Of a stretch of 64,000 bases of DNA, positions 51,521 to 63,140 are shown piece after piece. Source of the DNA: Lingula anatina. Its lineage: Eukaryota; Animalia; Brachiopoda. Under the pieces are notes generated by a model. The model saw only the letters and a list, made by a program, of their open reading frames with translations. It did no database searches and was not told where the DNA came from. Location of the stretch: contig CM120647.1 in the NCBI GenBank assembly GCA_051362555.1, positions 5,828,001-5,892,000 of the forward strand, in the 5' to 3' direction. The position numbers and the translations under genes were made by a program. Each line of letters starts with the position of its first letter. Within the stretch, counting starts at the first letter, position 1.

Positions 51521-54500
51521 CTGATATTCCGTCGGTAAATGAAAGCTACTACAAGGCCACATATCCAGGCCATTGCAGATATGACACCAATAGATACTCC
51601 AAAAGAAAGCCACTGGTTTGAAGAAATGGTCGTCTGTGGAGAGTTGTCGCATTCCTTCTCAAGTCTACTCAGGCTACTCTCTAAGCTTGTTTTAGATCCA
51701 TCCACGTAACAGGTGGAGTCGTTGGAGAATATTATTGTCATATTGGAATGGATAATCCAGTGGAGAAACCCTTTCCCGTCGCAAACGGTGCAGTCGAGTG
51801 GATTGTTGCTTACGTTCAAAGTAACATTGAAACTTATGGGCGGCGGTTTATACAAAAATGCAAAACACGATTAGTCGTCATCGTTATCAGATCAGAAGGC
51901 AAAATACGACTAGTAGTCGTCAAAACGCAACTAGTCATCAAAACGCAACTAGTCATCATCAAAACGCAACTAGTCATCATCAAAACGCAACTAGTCATCA
52001 AAACGCGATTTGACGCCAGATGGCGCCCATTGTACGAAAATCTAGGCCAAGTCACATGATCCACAGTGATCAAAATGGCGGACGTTATTGAAGCAGCATT
52101 ATCATATTCCTCGCTCGAACTCGAGAATTATCTCGAGTTCGAGATATTATTATATATATAATATCATTATTAGATTGTACGCGTAGAGATAATTCTCGAA
52201 ATAATAAATAATTAAATAATTTATTAAATAATTTGGACATGTTATAAATTAAAAAAAACACAAAAACACACACTTGTGAAGCACTGCTTTATTGTTGTAC
52301 TCATTTCACAAGTTCCAGATATTATTATATATATAATATCATTATTAGATTGTACGCGTAGAGATAATTCTCGAGTTCGAGCGAGGAATATGATAATGCT
52401 GCTTCAATAACGTCCGCCATTTTGATCACTGTGGATCATGTGACTTGGCCTAGATTTTCGTACAATGGGCGCCATCTGGCGTCAAATCGCGTTTTGATGA
52501 CAAGTTGCGTTTTGATGATGACTAGTTGCGTTTTGATGATGACAAGTTGCGTTTTGATGATGACTAGTTGCGTTTTGATGACTAGTTGCGTTTTGATGAC
52601 TAGTTGCGTTTTGACGACTACTAGTCGTATTTTGCCTTCTGATCTGATAACGACGACGACTAATCGTGTTTTCATTTTGACTGATCTGATAACGATGACG
52701 ACTAATCGTGTTTTGCATTTTTGTATAAACCGCCGCCCATAGAAACTACTGGCATTCATCTCCCTAATGTAGTCCAACTCCGATGTCGAGAAGTCAGTCA
52801 GTTGGTTAGTGCTTATATCTATGTATTCTATGGAAAGTAAGTTTCCCATGGCGAAGGATAATATTGATATTCGATTGTCGCTGAGGTCCAGCCGGTTCAA
52901 GGAAGCAAGATAGCCAAAAAAGTCTTTTGGTATTGTGCTGATTTTGTTCTCTGATAAATCGAGAATTTCTAAGTGCGGGAGCTGTATGGGATGCATACCA
53001 CCTTTAGCAATCAAAGGACCTAAATTGTTGTCTTTCATGTACAAGTATACCAGTGAGATGAAATTATTGAAAAAATATTTTGGAAGGAAGTAAATGCCGT
53101 TATGAGAAAAATCCAGAAACTCTAGTCTATCTAGGCCATAAATTAGAGGACAAAAGTTTTGTAAATTCAAACTCAGGTTCACTATTCTGAGATATCTGAG
53201 CTTGTTTGGATAGAAATAAACAGACCAATGATAAATGTCACACAGTATGAAACGATTTACACCGGATGCCCACCAGCTTGTAGACCAAAATTCGATATTT
53301 TCAGGCAAAACAACTTTCAAAATTGGACCCTCAGAATTGAAGATTTGTACGGGACCTCGATGTGTTTTGTGCAATGGGTTTTCAAATTTGACTGGTCCTA
53401 AAGGTAGCTCTGGACGGCCATACCAAAATGAATGTGATGGAACATCTTGAACATTCACCAAAACGGTATGGTAAACATTGTGGTCCATCCGTAAAAGAGT
53501 CAAGTTTGAAAGTAATAATGATTTATAATATATTGTATCCCAACCGCTTGGTCGTGTACCATTTTCTAAAAATAACAAAACGTCGTTACCAGACAAATCT
53601 AAGTATTCTAAATGAGTTAAAAAATCAAAATTTTGAATGTCAATCCCAGTAATTCTATCACGAAGTAATTCTAGTGACTTAAGTAGTGTGGATTCCAAAC
53701 ATCGAAAGGTGTTAGCGGACAGTTTCCAAAAACTTTCTTCCAATTTCCAATTTCGCTTTGAGAATATGCTGTTCATGCGAAGTGCTTCAATCGAGGTATT
53801 GTTTAGGTCACAGATAAATTTTTCAACCTCTCTGAATGAGACAAAGGATGCTTCCTCTATGTCCAGTGTTTTCAAATGTGGAAATGAAGACATTGTGCCA
53901 TATTCTACGGCGTCAAGACCGCTGCTGATGAAAGCCAGTCGTTCAATAGGACAGTTTTTTAACGTGGCAAAAGAGTGTTTTCTTAGGTGTACCGGTACTT
54001 CAGACCCATGTCCATGAAACACAATTGTTTTAAGTGAGGTGAGATTACTGTAACCGGGACCAAACGCCAAATTACGCCATGGAAGACCCGGGAAAAACAC
54101 CTGTTGCAATCGATGTAAGGGAGCTAAGGTTTGGTCTAAATAACCTTGTTGCACCTGCATGGTGACGCTCATTTTCCCAAATATTAGAACTCTCAGCTGT
54201 GTTAAATCGTGAAACAGCCTTACAGGGAATGTTACATAATCAAAGTTCGTGTATAGTAGAAGTGGAGACAAATCCAAGTGTTCCAAGTTCCATAAACCTG
54301 CAAAGCTCTCCTCATGAAAGTGTGTTATGTTGTTTCCTCCGACATACAGTGCTTTCAGACCCTCCAGTTGGCTAAATGCGTGTGGTGGTATCTCAGACAG
54401 ACCGGTATAGCGTAGATCCAGTACAGTTGTATTACGTGGTATAGGTATATCCAGGGGCAGGGCACGGATTGGGCTGTAAGAGCAGTTGACAATTCCCTGT

Positions 54501-54646
54501 GACAAGGACGTAAAATCACAACGACATGGCGCCGGGCACCTATGTGCCTTGTATCCGCCAATACTAAGAATAATGTTCATCAAACACCACAGATACAGTC
54601 TAATGTAACCCTTTCTTGGCATCGTGGAAATTTCTTTTATCGTCAT
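51521..54646 (-). CDS. Toll-like LRR receptor (signal, LRRNT, many LRRs, LRRCT, TM), disrupted by a transposon insertion
   Basis: First ATG at 54646 or 54622 (54697 is GTG). CPAPCRC...VNC cap, LxxLxLxxN repeats, then after the insertion NPLDCTVC..C..C, TM WLSFGVSIGVISAMAWICGLVVAFIY, RRNIR and a GTAAG donor at 51520. Removing 51835-52741 plus one TSD gives ...ASSFNVTLNVSNNPLDC in frame. No TIR domain recognised. Confidence 0.85.
51835..52741. mobile_element. Non-autonomous foldback DNA transposon, IS3EU-like (TAT...ATA termini, 6-bp TSD)
   Basis: Termini tatgggcggcggtttatacaaaaatgc / gcatttttgtataaaccgccgcccata. Arms about 300 and 380 bp with 18/21-bp subrepeats (caaaacgcaactagtcat[cat]). GAAACT duplicated at 51829-51834 and 52742-52747. 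Confidence 0.85.
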
Positions 54647-55459
54647 TTTCGGCTTTCTGGACTCCCTACTTGCATGTGGGGCTATTTTGTCAAACACAAT
54701 TTTTACTAAACTGCTACTAATACTCTCCTCTTCAGAAAGCTCCGAAACACGGCGAAAAGCTTTTTACATGGCAATTTATACCCGAGAGTCGATGTTTATT
54801 AACTAAATAAACCTTACACTTGTATTACCGCTCTATATATATCATATTACTCTTCCGCTTTAGTTATGAAATCGGCCTTGATTGGTTTATACACATGCAG
54901 TTCAGTAAATATAGTGCCTTCTCTTGGTTACTTCCCCAATGTATTTTTCTTCCTGCTTTTGTACAGAAACGGTTAATATTTATTATAAAAAAAGTTCAAG
55001 GTCTGCACAGGCTTGAAAATTGCATACTACCTGTAGAATTAGACCTGTGTTTACCTTGTGCTTCTTTGTGTTCACAACCACAAGTTAGTACCCCGCGAGT
55101 ATAAAGCACCACGGCTCTTTATTATTCTGCATAATGGCACTTTTTGACATTGCTGAATACAGAACGTGTTGAAGTAAAGGAAAAATGTGTGAAATAAAAT
55201 AGGGAGCCTCAACGGCGAATGCTTCAGAACAGAGGGTGTGAGTGATGGCACCCACCTCAAGAGATTTTTGACAAAAGATCTCCGCGTCACCTCCCCCCCC
55301 CCCCCCCCCCATGGGGCTATTTCTTTTCCTTCAGTCGGCGTCCATGCAGTAACATTAATGTGTGGTATTTTGACTTTATTTTAGTGTCGTGGCATTCAAG
55401 AGGCGGCATTAGCAAAAAGTGAGAGATTGACATCACAAATATATACAATTGTTACAAAT

Positions 55460-55703
55460 CCTCAGGTGTGCTTTTTTCTCTACCTTTTCATGTTGTTGAA
55501 TGAACTTGGAGAACCCTTGCGTGTATACATCTTTTGTTCGCTAACGTCTGTGGGGAATTCCCTTTTCACCCATCGAACTTTGTGATTGGCCAGTCTTTGT
55601 AAAGTAAGTTGGCACAGCGTAAGAAAATTGACTCTTGAATGAGGGCAGAATTGTTTAGTGAAATATTGTTTTTCTCTTTTTATTTTATTATTATTATTAT
55701 TTT

Positions 55704-55734
<31 letters not shown>

Positions 55735-55783
55735 TTTTTTTTTTTTTTTTGCGAATGAATGTTCTATTTATTTTTCATCAGAT
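55460..55783. promoter_or_regulatory. Duplicated module with kB-type site GGGGAATTCCC (55552-55562) and CCAAT box (55585-55589)
   Basis: Paralog of 49842-50098. The kB-type site lies about 0.9 kb 5' of the LRR gene ATG. Confidence 0.55.
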
Positions 55784-57661
55784 AGGCCTACATTTTAGGT
55801 TTTGAGGAACTGCTAGCTAAAGAATTGCTGAGTTTCAAACACAAGTTTGCACAAGTAACTTCCATAAGATAATTAAGATAAGCTAAATATTTATTTAGCC
55901 AGTGAATATGTAAAATATACAATATCGAGAATAAATCGCCTTTAAAAGCGTCATTGTGTTATAATCTTTGCAGGGGTAAGAATAAGATAATGATTTTCAT
56001 AATTATAATATTTACTTATGTTTTACTTATTTACTACTTTACTTACTTTGGAACAAATTATTTATCAAGCAGCTATGTTTGTCTCCTGTGAAAAGAAACT
56101 GAATGTATATACAGGTAAAAACCATAGAACCACTGTAGTCTTGCCATTTACTGCATAGTTGTTACACGAAACTACACTGATTTAAATATTACACCAGACT
56201 ATTCTGGTTATTACAACAATGCACGACGCACGAACTACAAAACGCGTGTTTACCATTTACTCACTTCACTTCCAACTCCTAGCATATGCGCCCATCAGTA
56301 AATAGAGAGTTGACAACGTTACGTGCAAACACTGCATCTCTTTCCTTTAGATTACAACTGCAATTCTTTTAATTATCTGCAACAATTACCTACTAAGACT
56401 TAAATCTTGAAACGCAAAAGGACCATATTCAGATTGCAGTCTTTTTTCAGTCTTTGCAATTTCCATCTCAATGTTCCAATAAGCATTCCTCTCCACTGAA
56501 CTTTAAATCTAACTACAAGAAATCTCAATAATAATCTCTAACAGTCAACTTCTCAGTAAAACTGGTTTTAAAGCTTTAAATGAATGTCAGGCTATTTGGG
56601 GTCAACTTTCCTTATGTTTTCACTGAGTTAATTTATAAACTTCTTTTTCTTTCCTTTTAAAACAATGCAAGATAGGCCTACTGGTAGATACTGGAAGAAA
56701 TAGTGAAATCCTAGTAGATTGGACTATCTTATGTAGGGGTACAAGAAAATAGTAATGCATATTCACAGCATACATAAACAATACACATACTGGCATATTA
56801 TCATAAATATTAATAAATATGATAATTAATTAAATTAATAAACTGAAGGAAAACGTACATGTGTGCTTTTTGTTCTTATATACGCCTTAGATTACGCAGT
56901 ATATCTCTATCAAACTCTCAGTACATGAACTCCAGATTACTACCCTGTCTTCAATGTCTTCGCCCCGCTGATCCCACCACCGCCGCCATTTCGCGTCAAC
57001 TTTCCGCCATCTTCTTTTTTCTCCTTCGGGAAGAACTCTCTCAAGGTGATCCTGTAGGCGATGTCCACGCCTATCCAGACTAGAAACACTTGGTTAGGGA
57101 TGCAGAGGAAAGCACAGAGCAGGGAGACCCGGAGAGCGATGACCTCGCTGAGATACTTGAGGAGGCCCAAAACTTGTGGTCCGAAACGGAAGACGAAGAA
57201 GGTGACTGCAAGAAGAATGAGGAAAACCTGTTAACAAACTCTGCCCTTTGTGGTAAATTTTTGCCATACATTTAGCAAAATAAACAAATAAATAGACGGT
57301 GACATAAATGGATAAATGAATATGTAAATAAATATACAGGTATGCATATATAACTGAATATATTAAATATAAAGATGAACAAATCGTCCATACCAAAATT
57401 GTCGCTGGACACAGCGCAAGTGCACAAAATTGATATCTAGTGAAAAAGAAATCAATCTGTAGCCCTTGTAGAGTGAACTGCAGTTACCAAAACCGACAGA
57501 GGTGTATGATGGTGAAACTTAAATTCCAATGACCTCTGAAACTCGGGTAATAGCGTTAGTCCAGCGTTATTATAACGTAACCATAACGTTTATTTAACAA
57601 AAAAGTTATGTGTTTACTATGGACCAGTCCAATACGATAGCTGAAGCTAAACCACATTCAA

Positions 57662-59335
57662 CTATTTTAAGTATAGTAAGATATAAAAAATGCCCAACGT
57701 ACAGAAATAGAAATGATTCATCCCCTTATAGAGGCTGGACTTCTTGCTGTGGCCTAGCATGGTGACCAGCTTACGGCCGTGGAGGGCCACGTTGGACAGT
57801 TCGCACAGGTAGTTCCAGGCCCCGTAACCGCTACAGCCGCATTCAAAGTACGCGTACGTCACGAAGAAGGTGATCTGAATAAGACGCACGGGGATGGTTG
57901 TGAATTTCTTTATTTCTTTATTTATTTATTCTTTGCGTGTGTGTTTGAAGGCGCGCGTGAATGTACACGCGCATTTTGAAACACACGTGTTACATGTTAC
58001 ATGCAAATACGTACATAAGCAAAGGCACACACATGCTGTTCATTTACGTATTTTTAGATACATAATAATGATACCGTCACAAAGTGCAGATACATGGCTT
58101 TAAAAAAACAAACTCATACATACACGAATAGGCACGCAAGAATGCTCATATGCAGCAACAGGTTTCCTATACAGACCACCGTATTGTGTAGATACATTGC
58201 CATAACACGCACACGCACACATAAACGCACACATATACACAATACAAACAAACAAGTACACACGCACATCGATTTCCAATACTCACGACGACATGGTAGA
58301 ACCCGCGTACACACACACGCACGCACACACATCCACAAACAGTCACGCACGCGCGCGCGCGCACACACACACCCACTATCTATACTCACCACCACATGGT
58401 GTAGATACATATCCCAGGAGCCTATATTCTCAGTGGCCAAAAACATGTCGAAGAAATCGTACACAAAATAACCTGAAACATCCAGAAAATATATTTCAGC
58501 GATATTTCTATGCATATGCTGGTGTCCATTACTCTGAGTTGCAAAAGGTCACTGAAAAGCCTTGTATATTTTATCATCAGCTAGTGTGTCTTTGCTCGAA
58601 CTGTCACTGAGGCGTGTGACCTCTTAAGTTCAGGGTACTACTGGAAATGACAGATATAAACTGATAATAAAAATATGGAGGCAAGTTTCCATCGAACCGC
58701 GTGGTGAATTTTATTTCACACATTCAGGTTACTCTAATTAAGACATGTACAGATTTCTCTTTTACTTCAAGGTGAAAATCCGAAGAATGTAGTTTGCACC
58801 AGTTAGTTAGTTGGTGACAGTTCCAAGGTTTATGTAATATCTTGCAAAGGCGTAAATGAAATTTTTTGCCGTGGGTCTAACATTTACGCCCGGTTAAATA
58901 ATATTGTGGCAGAACTCGCGGTCCTTTTTACACAAAAAGTATGTACATGTGAGTATTATGTCATTCGACATTTATAGCCAAAATGGTGATTTTTCAGTAT
59001 CCGAATGCCTTATTGTAAAAAGACACGGACATGTTTTGTTGATAAAAAAGTAAGCCGATCTACTTGTCGGTAATTTGGAAATTTCGGTCGACTTGTGAAT
59101 CTTACCCACCCACAGAGAAGCAGTGGACGTAGAAGGCCTCGGGACGGTCTTGCATAAATTCTGTCTCTGTGAGAACCCTGCAAATACAAAAAGGAATGTG
59201 TCATTTTACTGTGACAAAATTCACAATTAAGAACATATAAATAATAATGATATTTTTACAAATATACCTGTACATCCTCCTTTACTCTTGCTCAAAACTA
59301 TGTGTGGTGGCGACCAGTAGTATGAGCGCTAACAT
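57662..59335 (-). pseudogene. Candidate small secreted-protein gene with a premature stop (model incomplete)
   Basis: Exon-like segments with splice sites: about 59335-59268 MLALILLVATTHSFEQE*RRMYR, 59177-59106 VLTETEFMQDRPEAFYVHCFSVG, and a GC-rich exon from 57874 ITFFVTYAYFECGCSGYGAWNYLCELSNVALHG. The phases need an intervening exon that I could not find. Confidence 0.35.
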
Positions 59336-59899
59336 CCCTTTTTTTCAATAGAAGCTATATGAATTATTGTTTTAAAATCATTTAAAGTCACCAATGTAAC
59401 GACTTCATTTGAAAAAAATGGACCTTGGTCCAGTCCATGACTGCTCCAAACCTATTACAGGAAGTCACCGTCTACACAATCACTCTCTATCCGCTAATAA
59501 GTACAATCAATAAATTGACTTTAAAAGATACTTAAGATCTATGCCTTGATACGTGAATGCAGTTAAATCACAGGCTCTGGGGCAATAACAATCACATATT
59601 AACATTAGCAACAGTAATTTTCAAACTTTACATATACCAAGGACAGTGAGATGTTCGATGGGCCTTAGTAATAACGGATAACAAATCAAGGAGCGCAGTT
59701 ATCACATGCAACTCTGAAGATGAATTAGCATTCGACTTATGACGTCGACTCAGCTAGGGGCAGTGCTATTTCGTCGGGCTGGGTGCTGATATTTCTATTC
59801 ATGAGAAGCCAATCTAATCCCTCTCCAATTTATTTGAAAATGATTCCTTCAATTAAAAATAATAGCTTCCGAAATGGGACACCCTGAGCAGTATACCGA

Positions 59900-60440
59900 G
59901 AACAGGTCGAGTTTGCAGTGACCTTTGAAATTAAGGGTATTACTACATGTAAAACTACAGAGTTGCTGATACTGGAAATTAAGTCTCTAGTGGCCTCCGA
60001 AACACAGGGTGCTACAGGAAACGTCAAAGTCCTTTTTATAAAAAAGCAAAACTCCAGTGATCGTAATATTGTAACTCAGGATGAAACTAGAAATGGAAGA
60101 ATCGGATAATATAAAGTTGATTTGAACTGACCTGTGAAACGCAGGGTGTTACATGTACTAGAAACGACAGAGATGCTGATAATAGAAGAAATTGAGTCTC
60201 TAGTGACCTCTGAAACGCAGGGTGCTACTGGAAACGGCAGAGGCATGTTTATAAAAGATAATCTCCAGTTACTTGTGAAACGCAGGGTGTATGTAGAAAT
60301 GGCAGAAGCGGGCTGATAAAGATGATCTCCAGTGACTTTAATTCTGAAACGCAGGGTGTTACTAGAAACGGCAGAATCATGTTTACAATAGAAGAAATTA
60401 AATCTCAAAATTAAAATCTAAACTCTGAAACGCAGGTTGG
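59900..60440. repeat. Degenerate tandem repeat with tgaaacgcagggtg core
   Basis: The gaaac(g/a)caggg(tg) core recurs about six times, along with aagaaatt..gtctctagtgacct and ctccagtga motifs. Confidence 0.65.
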
Positions 60441-62362
60441 AATGGACCCGATAACGATGGGGACAGAGTACATCGGTTTGACACTTGTAAGTAAATAGAT
60501 AACTTATCAAGGCCTGTTGAATGAAGACGGGATCATTTAGGTACTGTCAACAATTACGGTGTTCGTCATTAAGCCTACGTCTTCTATGTCATTGATGTCA
60601 CAATAGCAAATTGAAGGAGCGGTTCGTTTCTCCACAATTATACTTAAATGCATTCCAAGCAAAATTATATTTTTGTCTAAATATCCCGAAAACCTCTTAT
60701 CAAATATAAAAAGCGATATGCCCTCTAAAATAAAATTTTATCTGAAGCGTACCTGGCATTGATATTTCCCTACATGATTCGTTTAGAAAACAAATATTTA
60801 TTTAGAAATGGTGCAAAATATCAGACCCAAGTGCAGGAACTGTTCGAACAATGATATGTGAGTAGGAGAAATTCCTATTTTTTCACCGGAAAAATTCAAT
60901 TTAGTGCTAAAATCTCTTACGGAATATCTTTCGGAATCTGCGTACGGTCTGTCTACCAGAGTTACATATGATTTTTCCACTGTATATTCACAGATATGTC
61001 CCTAGCTAGTTTATGACACGATTTTCTTGAGAAAAAGTGCATATAATTAATCTACGGCCCTGGCAGAGAGTAGGTACTGTACGTGGAATCATGTTAAAAT
61101 GTACTAAGATAAATATATGAGAAGATAAAAAAAAACGGCTTACACGTAGAGCGCAAAGCAGCCTGATATCAGAGCGTGAGACCATGACGTCGCGTAGCTT
61201 TTCCAGCGTTGGGGTATAGTCGCACAAATCGCCGGAGTCCCGAAATACTTAATCAAAGTGCTTAATGTCAAAAAGAAAAGAAAAGAACATGGTGGTATCG
61301 TTGTCACTGCTTTCCATCTCCAATCTACGATGTTTTCTGCTTCGTTCATTGTTGATTAAAAGTTTGTTCAACCCCAATATATAGTCTGTTAGGTCTAAAG
61401 CAAAGATCTGTCCATAAATTATTGGGCAACCACTCTGTGTGGTGTCGTTCTCTTCAGTGTATGGTCACCTCGCGGACCTCTGGCGCTAATAATTCAGTCC
61501 ATGGATTCGCCGTGCATTATTCAGTTAGAAAGTAGCCCCACGCAGAAAACCACACCGAAGAAGACTGAACAGATTTTTTTTCCAAAAATAATCACGGTTG
61601 TGACGACGGCGTCTTTTTTGCTGCACTGGACGGGCAAAGCCGCTTTTTGAGAGTTTCAAGTCGTTCTGTCCTACTCTAGCTATTGTTCAGGTTAGGCTTG
61701 AGGCTAAGAGTGACAGAGTTCAGAAAACAATCTATGTCTATTTACAAGATCAGCTATCCCAAGTTTAAATGCTGTCTTAGTGCACGCAGCTCTGGGCATA
61801 GTCCGAGAGCACCGTCACGTTCTCAGACCGTTGGCGAGCTCAAGTCATCGTGAGAATTTTGGATAGTAGATCAAAGTCTTTGTTGTGATTTATTGTTAAT
61901 ACTTATTAATCTTAGTAGTAAAATAAGTAGTTAATTCGGTGCATAGCTTAGTAGACCAAATATGAATTCGAAAAAAATAGGACTTAATTGTTTTGTGAGG
62001 GTCCTCAGGGTCATCGTCGGCCGTTTTCGTTTTTCTCCGATAAAATCATACTTTTTTGTGGTGTTTATCTTTACAAAATCGTGTTAAAATAAAAGAACAT
62101 AGGAATTTGATTTTGCAATAATTTTTTTTTATTCCTCAAAGAAAATAAGATTTCAAAAAGGGCAGAGAACAACCCGAGTATGACTGTCTGGCCCCGAACG
62201 TTCGAGCCACGTCACAGGTATTTTGTTTACAAGATGAGATGCAAAGTCCAACTTTGATGTGATAACTTGATTATGATGGGGTCATAACTTGTAGCATTAA
62301 TTATAACAAGGTGCCTGGGTTTAAGTTCAACGCACCCCTCGACTGATAGGCCTAGTCATCCG

Positions 62363-62367
<5 letters not shown>

Positions 62368-62422
<55 letters not shown>

Positions 62423-62896
62423 GAACTGCCCTTGAAAGGTAGAAAGAATGAAAGAAAAATTCATTCAAATGACACGGCGGAGAAATATGGTGCGTGTGAT
62501 GCGTTCTCATTAATTTTTCTCCATAATTTTGTCTGCTCAGAGGAGCAAAATGATGAAGAAGTCAACCACAGCTTGTGTTTGTGGCGTCAGGAACTTCTGG
62601 GCTCAGTCGAAAGCAGCACAGTTATTTTAAGGAGACTTAGCAGTATATCGTCGTAATTCTCTCTCTCTCTCCTTTGAACTTTGAACGATAGAAATAATGA
62701 AAGAAATATCGCGTTAAAAGCCATTCAAATGACACGGTGCATGCGTTCTCATTAATTTCGTCTGTTCACACACGCAAATGTTGAAGCAGTCAACCACAAT
62801 TTGTGGTGTTAGGGACTGATGCGCTCAGTCTAAAGAAATATATAGGTCTGCCAGCACAGTTATTTTGAGCAGTCGGGCCTAAAGGCTACCAGATCG

Positions 62897-62932
<36 letters not shown>

Positions 62933-63140
62933 ACCTGCCATTTGAACTTTGAAAGATAGAAAGAATAAAAGAAAAATCACAGTTAAACCGAATCAAATGA
63001 CATGGCGTGGGAACATGGTGCATGCGTTCTCATTAATTTTCCTCTTAAAATTCGTCTGCACATGTTGACAGAAGCCACATTAGGCCTAAGTTAACTATCA
63101 AACACGCAATTTGCATCTGTCTGTGGTTTGGGGGACTTAT
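62368..63140. repeat. Three ~260-bp tandem units, each headed by a (TC)n microsatellite
   Basis: gaact.tgaa.gatagaaagaat.aaagaaa..caaatgacacgg..tgcgttctcattaattt recurs after (TC)n tracts at about 62368, 62658 and 62897. Confidence 0.7.

Noticed and set aside
51835-52741. Interpreting the palindrome as a TA-TSD Tc1/mariner MITE
   Set aside because: Removing it with a TA duplication leaves a stop and frameshift, whereas the 6-bp GAAACT duplication restores the LRR frame exactly.
51748-52742. ORFs with MMTSCVL, KTQLVI and HQNATS repeats
   Set aside because: They are translations of the 18/21-bp subterminal repeats of the palindromic transposon, not genes.
58094-58610. Overlapping His/Thr/Arg- and Cys/Val-rich ORFs
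   Set aside because: Produced by CA/CG dinucleotide-rich low-complexity sequence.
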